DNA of 64,000 bases from a virus: positions 1 to 64,000 of IMG/VR virus record IMGVR_UViG_3300035698_007508. One strand, given 5' to 3'. The notes under the pieces are model-generated. The model was not told where the DNA came from. It ran no database searches and saw only the letters and a program-made list of their open reading frames with translations. Both the position numbers and the translations under genes were made by a program. The stretch's first letter is position 1; each line of letters starts with the position of its first letter. Below are positions 17,583-27,220 of the stretch, one piece after another.

Positions 17583-18182
17583 ATGAGGCAAGAGACAGAC
17601 AACGTTGTACTGGACGAAGTGATCGTCGACCCGGGCCAGGCCGCGAAATACCTGCACACCCACATTATGCAGAAGCAGCCGGAAGGCTATGTCCTGCGCG
17701 CTATGACCAATCAGAGCGATACCCATATCTGGTTCATCGTGTGGGCGAAGGCCAAAGACACGACCGACCTCAAGGTCCGCATACTCCAGCAAGAGGAGCT
17801 GTTGGCGCGCCGGGACCGGCGTATATCCGAGTTGGAGCTACGTATCCACGAGATGACGGAGAAGATGGACAGCGCTGTGGATACCATGCGGGAGCATGCC
17901 GCGATGCTTGAAACCATCGCCAACCTGAGGGATCAACAGGTACACCTGTCAGGATTGCTGGACGCGTACGATCGTGAGCGCAAGGCCTTGGGCCCGTTCG
18001 GCGCCCTTGACATGCGGGCCCAACACCGGGATACTGGTGAGCGGTGCAAGATCGTGGCCCTGGACACCGATGCGGGCACGGTCCGCCTCAGAAGGCCAGG
18101 AGGCTTGCGGGTGAACCAGAAGCTGATCGACACACAGATTACAATCGGGGCGAAAGACACAAATGCCAATCCGGAAGCTTGA
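17583..18182 (+). CDS. Hypothetical coiled-coil protein
   Basis: 199-aa ORF followed by a terminator. Confidence 0.7.
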   Translation: MRQETDNVVLDEVIVDPGQAAKYLHTHIMQKQPEGYVLRAMTNQSDTHIWFIVWAKAKDTTDLKVRILQQEELLARRDRRISELELRIHEMTEKMDSAVDTMREHAAMLETIANLRDQQVHLSGLLDAYDRERKALGPFGALDMRAQHRDTGERCKIVALDTDAGTVRLRRPGGLRVNQKLIDTQITIGAKDTNANPEA

Positions 18183-18211
18183 TATACGGGTGGTATAGTC
18201 TTCAATCCACT

Positions 18212-18249
18212 GACTGGACGGGCCTTCGGGCCCGCCTGGTCTTTCTCTT
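18212..18249 (+). terminator. Rho-independent terminator closing the early region
   Basis: CGGGCC-TTCG-GGCCCG followed by CTTTCTCTT. Confidence 0.7.
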
Positions 18250-18272
18250 ACCTATCAGACGCATATAAACCT

Positions 18273-18301
18273 TTGACAGAACACGCATACTGGTTTACAG
18301 T
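18273..18301 (+). promoter_or_regulatory. Sigma70-like promoter at the start of the virion module
   Basis: TTGACA-17 nt-TACAGT directly after a terminator. Confidence 0.7.
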
Positions 18302-18327
18302 ATATGTGTTCAATCGGGTTAGGTATT

Positions 18328-18621
18328 ATGAAACACGCGATCCGCAAGATCGAAATAACGGCAACCTTGTTAATTGGTGCACTGGTCACGCTCAGTACGC
18401 TGACCATCCTGACTCGTTTACCCACGCACACTCACTTACGTACCGTTATCCAAGTTGACGCCGCCGCCACGCAGGCACGTATGCGTGCACAGATCAAGAC
18501 ATTTAGACTGATACGCTGCGACCCTGTACTTGACATCCCTACACTGATACGTGTACCCTGGCAAAATCCTGGTATAGTTATAGCGCACGAGGACACGACA
18601 ACAGGAGTGAATGATGAGTGA
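18328..18621 (+). CDS. Small membrane-anchored protein
   Basis: N-terminal hydrophobic segment TATLLIGALVTLSTLTIL. Confidence 0.5.
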   Translation: MKHAIRKIEITATLLIGALVTLSTLTILTRLPTHTHLRTVIQVDAAATQARMRAQIKTFRLIRCDPVLDIPTLIRVPWQNPGIVIAHEDTTTGVNDE

Positions 18622-18868
18622 CACACGTATGACGGCACAGGAAGCTGGCGTGGTGAAGGCCGCAGCCGCAGCACGTTACCGCGAACTGGGCATCCGACCA
18701 CAGACTGCCGAGTATCTATTCAAACGTTTTACGGCCAAGCAGGCCAAGCAGGCCAACGTCGACGCCCCGGCCCAAGCACCTGACCCCAAGACCGCCAAGC
18801 TTGCTTCGAGCATCGCTGCCGCGGTTGATGCGGTCAGGGCCAGGGCCGACAAGTCCGACGCCAAGTAG
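18611..18868 (+). CDS. Small K-x-A-motif virion protein
   Basis: AKQAKQAN, KTAKLAS. Confidence 0.7.
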   Translation: MMSDTRMTAQEAGVVKAAAAARYRELGIRPQTAEYLFKRFTAKQAKQANVDAPAQAPDPKTAKLASSIAAAVDAVRARADKSDAK

Positions 18869-18911
18869 CTGACGAACGTCAGTTACCACACGAACAACGA
18901 AGGAGGACGCT

Positions 18912-19850
18912 ATGCGCATCCGCAATACACGACCGTACGACCTTTATTTGCCCTACGCGGGCGACAAGAAGGGTTGGCAGGTCAAGGCTGGTAAACTCAG
19001 TCCAGAGATCCCGGCTAATCGATTCTACGATCCACTGTTACAGCGCGACTGGAAGCGCGGTACGATCGACCTGGTGCTGAATGACCAGGATAAGCTGTTG
19101 CTGGGCCCGGCTGTCGCTGATCTCACACAAAGCACTATCGACGTAGTCGGCGACACCGTGGTGGATGAGGCCCCCTCGAAAGCCACGCCGGTGCCGCCAG
19201 AACCGCCAGAACCGCCAGAACCGCCAGAACCGCCAGAACCGCCACCGCAGGGTATGATGGTTGAGCCGGCTCCGGTAGTGCAGGAACCGGCTCCGGTCGC
19301 GCCAGTACAGCCCGAAGCGCCACAACAGCCACAACAGCTTACGGTGGAACAGGTTACACAGCCCATGCCGTTACCGCAGGACGCGCCCATCGACGGAACC
19401 GTGCATTGTACCGTACCTGGTTGCAAGAACGCGAACGTGTCCGTACAGTTCGAGCCTACGGCCGGTACCTACCTATGTCGTTACCATCGCTCGGCCCACA
19501 AGCGGCACAATAAGCGGCTTGACCCGCAGCCCCTGGAGGAGACTCCGCCAGCCACACCGCAGGCGCAGCTGGCTGAAGAGCCACCACACCCTATCGGACC
19601 CGCCGTCGATCGCGACGCACCTGTAGTAGATCCACAGGTGCCGGGTGTCCCGCACACGGACCCAGCGCCTAACGCGCCGAGTCTGGCCGATTTACAGAAG
19701 CAGAACCAACGCCTGGGCTACAACACGGCATCAGGCCCAGCCGCCCGCGGCCCACAGCCCGGGAACACACCGGGAATCCGGATAGAGACACCGGGCGGTA
19801 GTCCGCTTGGCAGTACGCTTACTAGCGGGGTTCCATCCCGGAGGGCATAA
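18912..19850 (+). CDS. Pro/Gln-rich low-complexity protein with a central Cys/His motif
   Basis: AAGGAGG SD; (PPE)5; CTVPGC...CRYH..AH. Confidence 0.75.
   Translation: MRIRNTRPYDLYLPYAGDKKGWQVKAGKLSPEIPANRFYDPLLQRDWKRGTIDLVLNDQDKLLLGPAVADLTQSTIDVVGDTVVDEAPSKATPVPPEPPEPPEPPEPPEPPPQGMMVEPAPVVQEPAPVAPVQPEAPQQPQQLTVEQVTQPMPLPQDAPIDGTVHCTVPGCKNANVSVQFEPTAGTYLCRYHRSAHKRHNKRLDPQPLEETPPATPQAQLAEEPPHPIGPAVDRDAPVVDPQVPGVPHTDPAPNAPSLADLQKQNQRLGYNTASGPAARGPQPGNTPGIRIETPGGSPLGSTLTSGVPSRRA
19194..19238 (+). repeat. 9-bp tandem repeat (ccgccagaa)x5
   Basis: Read directly; encodes PPE x5. Confidence 0.9.
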
Positions 19851-19851
19851 T

Positions 19852-20772
19852 ATGACCACACTAGCGCAGCTGGCTGAACAGCAAGTTCAGGCCGAGCGAA
19901 TGACTGTAGTGCGACCACCAGCGGGTGGTCCGAATACCGCACCCACGGGTGGGCGCGTAGAACGTATTGCACAGGCTACGCAGCCGGCGGCAGTACGTGG
20001 CCCGCGTCCGGCCGCCGGGCTGGTACAGGAAATGGAGGATACTGGCGGTAGAGGTAAGGCCGGTAGTCGGTCAGGCTACGCCGCGGAGAAGTACCCACAC
20101 CTGGTCGACGGCGACGAGGCGGGGGGCAAAGCCGTACCGATTGCCACTGAAACCGGTGCGCAGGCAGGCCGGATTCCGCCGGCCCAGCGTCGTGGTGGCG
20201 CGCATTACGAGGCGGTTACAGCTGAAGAGGCGTCGTCACGGTCCCGTCAACGCGTGGCCGGGACACTCCCACCTGTAACGGGTGGGCTAGACGACCCAGG
20301 CCAGTACGACGACGTACGCATGGAGCGGGATGATGCACCTGATGCGGTAGCACAGCCTGTCGACATGAGTAAGTGGGACAAAACTGCACAGCACGCAGAG
20401 AACCCGCAGCTTGAGCGCATGGTACGCGCCGTACTGTCGTTGACAACGCCGCATGTCGATGTACCTGCCGGCCCGACAGACGTAGCACTTACACCCGTGC
20501 AGTCCTACCTCGACGGGCGCGGGCGCGTGAACTTCGAGCTGGAGAACGGAACGTACAGCGTGCCAGCCATCGATGTACAGGCGTCGCCGTTGGGTGTGAT
20601 TATTGTGTTGCCTTACAACGAAGCGGATGCTACCTTCACTCCGAATCCTGGTACTAAGGTACGTGTCGGCTGGGCCGGTAAGGTTTGGGATTGCTATTTC
20701 CCTGGCACGTCGTTCATACTCCAGGAGTTAGGCGTGATGGTAATGACTATGGTACGGAGCGATGAAGGCTGA
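19852..20772 (+). CDS. Hypothetical protein: disordered N-terminus, beta-rich C-terminal domain
   Basis: GGAGG SD before ATG 19852. Confidence 0.75.
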   Translation: MTTLAQLAEQQVQAERMTVVRPPAGGPNTAPTGGRVERIAQATQPAAVRGPRPAAGLVQEMEDTGGRGKAGSRSGYAAEKYPHLVDGDEAGGKAVPIATETGAQAGRIPPAQRRGGAHYEAVTAEEASSRSRQRVAGTLPPVTGGLDDPGQYDDVRMERDDAPDAVAQPVDMSKWDKTAQHAENPQLERMVRAVLSLTTPHVDVPAGPTDVALTPVQSYLDGRGRVNFELENGTYSVPAIDVQASPLGVIIVLPYNEADATFTPNPGTKVRVGWAGKVWDCYFPGTSFILQELGVMVMTMVRSDEG

Positions 20773-21022
20773 CAACCACATACGCAAACTCGCCGAGCTG
20801 CAAGGTTCGGGTGACCTGAGCAGGGCAGACGTGCGGCGTATTCGCTCTGGCCTCGAAACCACTTACCTTAACGACCTGTTGGACGGGCGCCCGCCGTTCA
20901 GCACGAAGGAAGGAGCATTAGATGGAAAAGCGCAATGTTATAGAGGCGGATCGGACACCGAACATGACCAAACAGGCGGATGCCGATCAGACGGAGAAGC
21001 GGGGAGTAGCCCTGTTCGTTAA
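20762..21022 (+). CDS. Small hypothetical protein
   Basis: Overlapping start; overlaps the next gene by about 100 nt. Confidence 0.45.
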   Translation: MKADNHIRKLAELQGSGDLSRADVRRIRSGLETTYLNDLLDGRPPFSTKEGALDGKAQCYRGGSDTEHDQTGGCRSDGEAGSSPVR

Positions 21023-21113
21023 ACTGATCCCGGGCGGGCCTACGGGCATGCCCCGCGGCGGTGATATGTTTGTATGCCCTGAGTGCGGTTGCGACCCCTG
21101 TATTGCTAAATAG
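20922..21113 (+). CDS. Small K-x-A-motif protein with C-terminal CPECGCDPC
   Basis: AAGGAG SD; TKQAD, EKRG. Confidence 0.65.
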   Translation: MEKRNVIEADRTPNMTKQADADQTEKRGVALFVKLIPGGPTGMPRGGDMFVCPECGCDPCIAK

Positions 21114-21122
21114 GAGGCCGCT

Positions 21123-23096
21123 ATGCTCGGCAACCCAAGTCAGAATCTACCGTTGCCTTACGGCAACACTGGTGAGTGGTCCGGTATCACGCAAGCGGGG
21201 TCCGGGAAGTTTCCCAACCCCTTCTTTGATATCGCCAGTGAGTACGTCCCCCGTAACCTGCACCAGATCTTCGAATGGGCAGAGTACATCTACCTCACCT
21301 ACGGTACATACCGATCTGCAGCCCGCAAGGTCGTACGCTACTTCCTGACCGAGCTCGTGCTTGATGGCGAGTCCGAGGAGGAACGTGATCAGTACCAGGA
21401 CTTCCTGGACAATAAGATGCACATGCTCACCCAGCTGGCATCTATCGGCGATGATTACATGGTGTATGGCAACGTGTTCGTATCCATCTACTTCCCGTTC
21501 GACCGGTTCCTGATCTGCCCTAATTGCCACACGCATTACCACATCGATACCGTACCCTATAAGTGGAACTTCAAACGATTGGAGTTTCACGGACAGTGCC
21601 AGAAGTGCGGTTGGGAAGGCGCGTACGCGCATGAGGACATCCGGTCCATGGATCATGATCGTGTCCGCATCATCCGCTGGAACCCCAAGCGCATTCGTCT
21701 GCGTGTCCACGATATCTCGGGCGAGATAGAGTACTACTACGAGCCTGATCCCAAGTTCGTACGTAAACTGCGTGAGGGCAACCGCTTCTACCTAAATGAC
21801 ACACCGTGGTCCATCGTCGAGTGCTGTGCCAAGTGCCGCGACAGCGATCAACCGTTGTTCCAGTTCACGGCCGACCAGATCTACCACATGAAGGAAGCGA
21901 CGCTGGCCGGCCTGCCTATCAAGGGCTGGGCTATACCTCCGATTCTGCCTAACTTCAAGCTGGCCTACTACATCCAGGTCCTGCGCCGTTACGACGAGGC
22001 TATTGCCTTGGACTACATCGTGCCGTTCCGTATCCTGTACCCCGAGCAAGGGGCCCCAGGCGGGATGAATACCGATCCCCTGATGTCTCTGTCCATGGAC
22101 GTATTCGTCGCCCACATGAAGGGTATGGTTGCGGCCAAGCGCGCCAACGCCACAGATGTACAGATTGCCCCGTTCAAGATCGGGTACGAAATGCTAGGCG
22201 GCGAGGCCGCGACTCTGGCACCAAAGGACAATATTGCACAGGCGCTGGACGAACTGCTGAACGCCGTTGGTTTCCCGGCCGAGCTCTACAAGGGCAGCCT
22301 GTCAATCCAGGCCTTCCCCGTAGCCTTGCGATTGTTTGAGAAGACGTGGGGATCACTGGTCGAGGGCTACAACGATCTGATTGACTGGGTATTGACCAAG
22401 GTTAGCCGTTACTTCGGTTGGGGCCAGATCAGCGGTGCGCTGCGTAGCGTGACGCTGGCTGACGACATCGAGCGTAAGGCACTGGCACTACAGGCCGCAG
22501 CAGGCATGGATATCTCCAAGGGCACGGCGTACAAGCCGCTCGGCATCGACTACCTGGAAGAACAGGAGAAGGTCGTCGAGGAGCAGAAAGAGATCCAGGT
22601 GTTGCAGCAGGAAGCCATGGAAGAGCAGGAAGCTGCGCAGTTCGGCGGCCAAGGTGGCGGCCAAGGTGGTGGACAGGTAGGTACCGGCGGACAGCCAGGC
22701 GCGACGCCGGGTGACGTACATGCCCAGGCTAAGGAGCTGGCGTACACGATGGTCACACAGACGCCTGAGACCCAGCGTCGCTCCGAGCTGATCAAGATCA
22801 AGCACAGCAACCCAACGCTGCACGCGCTGGTCATCCAGGAGATGGACGCGCTGCGTCAGGAACTGTCACGACAGGGTCAGCAGATGATGCTCAGTCAGAT
22901 GAAGCAGGCCGATGATCGCGGTGTACACGTGGCCGGGGCCGGGCTGTTGCCCAGCCCGCTGGCACTTGGACTCTTGATCTCGGGCCAGGTCATGGACTAT
23001 ACTCGGGCTGATATGCGGAAATTGGCCATGGACATCAAGATACCCGGCGTGCGAGGTGCATTCCGGTTTGTGCGTGATAAATTACGAGGACTGTGA
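21123..23096 (+). CDS. Putative portal protein
   Basis: 657 aa at the head of the structural module; FPNPFFDIA..YVP..L..IF.W.EY N-terminus; helical core and Q/E-rich C-terminal coiled coil; CPNC...CQKC insertion. Confidence 0.55.
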   Translation: MLGNPSQNLPLPYGNTGEWSGITQAGSGKFPNPFFDIASEYVPRNLHQIFEWAEYIYLTYGTYRSAARKVVRYFLTELVLDGESEEERDQYQDFLDNKMHMLTQLASIGDDYMVYGNVFVSIYFPFDRFLICPNCHTHYHIDTVPYKWNFKRLEFHGQCQKCGWEGAYAHEDIRSMDHDRVRIIRWNPKRIRLRVHDISGEIEYYYEPDPKFVRKLREGNRFYLNDTPWSIVECCAKCRDSDQPLFQFTADQIYHMKEATLAGLPIKGWAIPPILPNFKLAYYIQVLRRYDEAIALDYIVPFRILYPEQGAPGGMNTDPLMSLSMDVFVAHMKGMVAAKRANATDVQIAPFKIGYEMLGGEAATLAPKDNIAQALDELLNAVGFPAELYKGSLSIQAFPVALRLFEKTWGSLVEGYNDLIDWVLTKVSRYFGWGQISGALRSVTLADDIERKALALQAAAGMDISKGTAYKPLGIDYLEEQEKVVEEQKEIQVLQQEAMEEQEAAQFGGQGGGQGGGQVGTGGQPGATPGDVHAQAKELAYTMVTQTPETQRRSELIKIKHSNPTLHALVIQEMDALRQELSRQGQQMMLSQMKQADDRGVHVAGAGLLPSPLALGLLISGQVMDYTRADMRKLAMDIKIPGVRGAFRFVRDKLRGL

Positions 23097-23461
23097 TGAA
23101 CAAGATAGCTTACCTATGCGGATACCTACAGGCCATCAAAGTAGCACAGGCCGGTCCTGGCGCGATGGCGCGTGCGGGTACGAAGATGTCCGAGCCACCC
23201 AAGACGTTACAAATGCCCAGCGGTGGTAGAGTTACGCTCCCCGAGGCTGACGCGGCCAAGGTGCAAGGTAGGGCGCCTCAGACTACGCCGGATCAGGCGG
23301 CGACACGTGCGCGTACTACGGTCAATGCTGCGAGCCGCAGCTCTTACGCCCGTAAATCAACCGCCATGCACGATGCTGCTCGGAAGCGCATGGGCTCGCT
23401 ATTGCGACCCGGCCACATGTCCGGTATGCAGGGTGGTGGCAATATCAGGAGAATACGATGA
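23093..23461 (+). CDS. K-x-A-motif basic virion protein
   Basis: MNKIAYLCGYL..IKVAQ. Confidence 0.65.
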   Translation: MMNKIAYLCGYLQAIKVAQAGPGAMARAGTKMSEPPKTLQMPSGGRVTLPEADAAKVQGRAPQTTPDQAATRARTTVNAASRSSYARKSTAMHDAARKRMGSLLRPGHMSGMQGGGNIRRIR

Positions 23462-24048
23462 ACTGGTTTAGGGATCTGTTTAATAAGGTCGGTACGTGTG
23501 CCACGTTGGCAGTGGGTTGCAGTTTTTCAATTGTATTGCTGTTGACGGCCACACTCGCAGGTTGTAGTTCACCCAAGTGCGACTGCCCGCTGGCGCCGGC
23601 CGCTGCAGTAGGTCCGAGCCACGTCACGTTTACGCGACACCTGGCCGCGCCGTCCCTGCGTATAGGGATCAATCCGTCCAATTCAATAGTTGTTACGGAG
23701 ACCGGTGACGTACATCTGCCGCCAGGCGGGGACATTATATGCAATACAGATGCGGGTCCGGTATCCATTCGCGCATTACTAATGCGTGAAGTGTCGATAC
23801 GCGGTGGTACGACGCCGGGTGTTATCATCGTAGGTGGGACTGTCACGCAGGGCGTACAGGTCGTTAACGGCATTACGTTGGTAGGTACGGGTACCACCGT
23901 GGATATTGATCACAGCGGGGTCGTGACGATCCCGGCGAGTGGCGATATTCTCATACCTGTCGCGGGTCCAGCTACATTAGCTGCGCCACCGCCCGGATAC
24001 ATGTCTGTACGCCAGCTGATGCGGCGCACACAATCAGAACAGGAGTAG
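23458..24048 (+). CDS. Putative lipoprotein / beta-rich exported protein
   Basis: Hydrophobic segment ending in LAG-C lipobox. Confidence 0.6.
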   Translation: MNWFRDLFNKVGTCATLAVGCSFSIVLLLTATLAGCSSPKCDCPLAPAAAVGPSHVTFTRHLAAPSLRIGINPSNSIVVTETGDVHLPPGGDIICNTDAGPVSIRALLMREVSIRGGTTPGVIIVGGTVTQGVQVVNGITLVGTGTTVDIDHSGVVTIPASGDILIPVAGPATLAAPPPGYMSVRQLMRRTQSEQE

Positions 24049-24051
24049 ATA

Positions 24052-24540
24052 ATGGAAGCTATTACGACACGCACGACGGCACGTAAGCCGCTCAATATCA
24101 CGGTACAGACTACCAGCACGATGATTTTGCCGCCACTGGCCGGCACGCTGGACAACACGGCAGTGGATGAGTTCGAAGCAGCCGCGGCCTACGTCTATGG
24201 CGACGTCGTACGCGCCGGCACACGTTACTACTGGTGCATCACGACGGCTGGCGGCAACGCTGGCGCCACGACGCCGGTACACACCGACGGGGACGCATCA
24301 GACGGCACACTGGTCTGGCGGCACATCCCATGGGGCCGTCCCACACTCTCGATAGTCAATACTGGTACCAAAACGGTGGGCATCGCACGCGGGTTCGCGG
24401 CCGAAGCCGGTAAGGGAATCGTCCTCAATACCAACGGTGCGCACAACGAGGGTTACGAGAGTGGGCCGCGGCCTTACGAGGGCGCCTGGTACGCGATAGC
24501 GTCCGGCGGGACAACTACGCTGGCGCTGGCTGAAGGATAA
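24052..24540 (+). CDS. Structural protein with carbohydrate-binding-like module
   Basis: AAAYVYGDVVRAGTRYYWC...P..T.G...DG.LVWRHI, a pattern common in phage fibre and decoration proteins. Confidence 0.6.
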   Translation: MEAITTRTTARKPLNITVQTTSTMILPPLAGTLDNTAVDEFEAAAAYVYGDVVRAGTRYYWCITTAGGNAGATTPVHTDGDASDGTLVWRHIPWGRPTLSIVNTGTKTVGIARGFAAEAGKGIVLNTNGAHNEGYESGPRPYEGAWYAIASGGTTTLALAEG

Positions 24541-24560
24541 CGTGTAACAAGAGGAGTGTT

Positions 24561-25034
24561 ATGATACTACTGATAGGTAAGAATCCGATGGGTAACGTCT
24601 TGCACGTGATCCAGGGTCCCGAATCGACGTTCTGGCATGAACTACACGGTTCGGCCGCTATCGATATTACACCTGTACTCAACCAGATGGATTCCGAGCA
24701 GCCGGTTTACTTACATATCTCGCAGTGCGAGTCAGAGCAGGATACGGCTATGCGGTTGCACAACATGATCCAGGCCGGAGGTGTCTACCCGTTTTCACCG
24801 CCTACCGGGGTGTTCGCGCCCAAGACGGTAATGGATACGCAGAACCCGATGGTGCCCGGCGCGGCTCCGGCTCAGGCCAAGCCAGCGACTAAGCACGCGG
24901 CGGCGCAGAAGTGCTCACGCTGTCTGTCTGACAAGAATCCGCTGGTGCCTAACCTGAAGCCCCCGATCTGCTACGATTGTGTCAAGATCGATCTACATAT
25001 CGCGGCGACCAAGAAAGCAGAGGACAAGGACTGA
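24561..25034 (+). CDS. Hypothetical protein with C-terminal CxxC...CxxC zinc finger; target of the 63-nt antisense copy
   Basis: GAGGAG SD; CSRC...CYDC; codons AMRLHNMIQAGGVYPFSPPT correspond to 24745-24807. Confidence 0.75.
   Translation: MILLIGKNPMGNVLHVIQGPESTFWHELHGSAAIDITPVLNQMDSEQPVYLHISQCESEQDTAMRLHNMIQAGGVYPFSPPTGVFAPKTVMDTQNPMVPGAAPAQAKPATKHAAAQKCSRCLSDKNPLVPNLKPPICYDCVKIDLHIAATKKAEDKD
24745..24807. repeat. 63-bp perfect inverted repeat, copy 2
   Basis: Exact reverse complement of 13731-13793. Confidence 0.95.
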
Positions 25035-26155
25035 TGGACCCTTACGATTGGCCTTACGCCGCAGCTGCCGCCCCCTACTGGCAGCCTGTGAATACATCTG
25101 CGTACGCACGGCGCATGTACGGATACCCGTCCACGCGTCAGTTTTCGCCTATATCCATGCCCCGGGGTGTTGCCAAGAACCCGTTGACGGCTGGATTGCA
25201 GATGGGGCTGATCGGAGCCGCGGTAGGTCTGTCTCCTACCGTGGTCCAGGCGATGTCAGGCCGGAAGCGCACCGGTGGGCAGACGGCCAAGGACATCCTG
25301 ATAGGTGCATTCATTGGCAGTGGGTTGGGCGCGCTGTCCAGCCTGCACCAACAGCGTGCGAACAAGGGGCCACAGATTACATCCTACTCCGACATGGAAG
25401 ACTACATGCAGAAGGAGTTCAGCGCGTTCGAGAAGGAAGCGCGCAGCGTACTGGAAAAAGAAGGAGTCGTGATATCTGGGACCGTGGCCGCATTAGGGGC
25501 GGCGGCATGGCTGGCGGCCCAACTCGGTGGACTGGCTTGGACAGGTTACGACACGGTGGCGTCTGGCAGGCGTGCAAAACGTTACACGGCTGCGGGTATG
25601 CATGACGCTGCGCGTAGGGCGCGCATAGCGCAGGCGGGTAATGCAGGTCTGTTCGCGGCTGACCTGGCGTCGTTTGGCGCTCCTGCCGGTATGGCCGTCA
25701 AACTGACGTCTAAACTACCGTTGTTGGCCAAAATTCCCGGTATGGCACGGTTAGTGGCTAAGGGCAACAAAGCGCGTCAGGCCGTCCAAGGGTTATCGCG
25801 TGGGCAGCGTATAGCGCGTGGCGTAGGTAGGACGGCCGTGCACGGCGCGGTAGGCACGGTTCCGGTAGGTGCACTCGCCGTAGGGCGTGCACAAGAGTTC
25901 GTGCCCGGTGTACAGAGTGAACTACGTAGACGTGAGTTGTTGACACAACTGGCTAACGAGGGGTACGATACTGACAGTTTGGTCAATCCGAAGCCCGGCG
26001 TCATCAGCCCGCAGGTCCGCGACAACATGGTCGCGACGCCTCCGAAACCAGTCACACCGAAGAAGCCGTTCACCATATCTGGCGTGCTACGCCGATATGG
26101 CGCCAAACCTATGGTCCCGCAATTTCAGATAGGAGACACGAGTTGGGCACGTTAA
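25034..26155 (+). CDS. Glycine-zipper / hydrophobic K-x-A virion protein (candidate ejection protein)
   Basis: GLQMGLIGAAVG, IGAFIGSGLGALS, AALGAAAWLAAQLGG; EKEA. Confidence 0.65.
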   Translation: MDPYDWPYAAAAAPYWQPVNTSAYARRMYGYPSTRQFSPISMPRGVAKNPLTAGLQMGLIGAAVGLSPTVVQAMSGRKRTGGQTAKDILIGAFIGSGLGALSSLHQQRANKGPQITSYSDMEDYMQKEFSAFEKEARSVLEKEGVVISGTVAALGAAAWLAAQLGGLAWTGYDTVASGRRAKRYTAAGMHDAARRARIAQAGNAGLFAADLASFGAPAGMAVKLTSKLPLLAKIPGMARLVAKGNKARQAVQGLSRGQRIARGVGRTAVHGAVGTVPVGALAVGRAQEFVPGVQSELRRRELLTQLANEGYDTDSLVNPKPGVISPQVRDNMVATPPKPVTPKKPFTISGVLRRYGAKPMVPQFQIGDTSWAR

Positions 26156-26499
26156 AGACAGCGCAGTACTCGTCGTTCTCGGATGGGCTGCAAGGCCGAT
26201 CGCTGCACGATTTGTTCCGTGAGATCCGGAAAGATACGTCGTTGAGCCTGTACGAGCAGGAACGTACGATCAATCAGGTAGAGGGTGTAACACGTGGTGT
26301 GTCACCCGCGACACCGTTGAGTGCCACCATGTCTAGGGGCCTGGGCGGCGTCATTGGTTTTCTGATCGCCAAGTATTTTGATATGAGTCCGATCGCCAAG
26401 TTGGTCAGCACGGCTGCCGGTTTTGGGCTTGGCAAGGTGGTGCACGATCAGTTCAATCGGCCGCCGAACACAGATCCGCCCGGTTGGCGGATCATGTAA
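26143..26499 (+). CDS. Small glycine-zipper K-x-A protein
   Basis: AGGAG SD, TTG start; LKTAQ; GLGGVIGFLIA, AAGFGLG. Confidence 0.65.
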   Translation: MGTLKTAQYSSFSDGLQGRSLHDLFREIRKDTSLSLYEQERTINQVEGVTRGVSPATPLSATMSRGLGGVIGFLIAKYFDMSPIAKLVSTAAGFGLGKVVHDQFNRPPNTDPPGWRIM

Positions 26500-26528
26500 T
26501 TGACATCAGCATGGCACAGAGCTACGCT
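26500..26528 (+). promoter_or_regulatory. Sigma70-like promoter
   Basis: TTGACA-17 nt-TACGCT, intergenic, upstream of a GAGGAG-led gene. Confidence 0.65.
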
Positions 26529-26554
26529 ACACAGACTGAGACAGAGGAGACACT

Positions 26555-27220
26555 ATGAGTAAACAGGCAGGGTTTCGTAACGCAGGTTTAGGTGCGATGG
26601 CAGGTGCACTTGGCGGTGGCGCGCTTGGGGGCGTCGCAGGTCTTGCGGTATCACCACTCATGGCACTTAACGCGGCGACACAGAAACGGGAAGAGGGCGG
26701 TGAGCGCAAGAGTCGCGTAGCCGCCGCGCTCAAGGCACTCATTGCTTCGCCGCTGATGGGTGCCGCCGGTGGCGCAGCCGTCGGTTTAGGTATGGGCGGC
26801 ACTGGCGGGTTACTGTACCCGGATAAACAGGCTAACGCACACAAGGAGTCCACCATGAAGAGAGCAAATTATCTGGCTGGCATGCTCATGGCAGTCAAAG
26901 ACGCATCGGGCGCCCTGGCTGTACGTCCACCCGATCTGGACAAGGCCACAGCACCGGCAACCAAACCCCGTGAAGACCAGGCCGATCAGGGTCGGACGAC
27001 CCCGGCGCCGAAGCCCGAGCCCGACATCAAGCCCGAACAGAGCGCCCAGGCGCAGACCGTAGCCAAGCAGGCATGGGCCGATCTCGACGTGGGCGAACGA
27101 CAGTACATCAAAGGTATCGTCAAGGCGTGTCAGGACAACAACGTGAATCCCGTTACGCTGGTACCGGTTGAGTTTGCGAAGGGCGCGTCTACTGAATTGA
27201 AACAGGAACGAGGGGCGTAA
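26555..27220 (+). CDS. Glycine-zipper K-x-A virion protein (possible internal start at 26854)
   Basis: MSKQAG, GAMAGALGGGALGGVAG, GAAGGAAVGLGMGG; internal AAGGAG...ATG. Confidence 0.7.
   Translation: MSKQAGFRNAGLGAMAGALGGGALGGVAGLAVSPLMALNAATQKREEGGERKSRVAAALKALIASPLMGAAGGAAVGLGMGGTGGLLYPDKQANAHKESTMKRANYLAGMLMAVKDASGALAVRPPDLDKATAPATKPREDQADQGRTTPAPKPEPDIKPEQSAQAQTVAKQAWADLDVGERQYIKGIVKACQDNNVNPVTLVPVEFAKGASTELKQERGA

Noticed and set aside
13731-24807. DGR template/variable repeat pair
   Set aside because: The copies are inverted and identical, with no adenine-specific mismatches, and no reverse transcriptase is in the window
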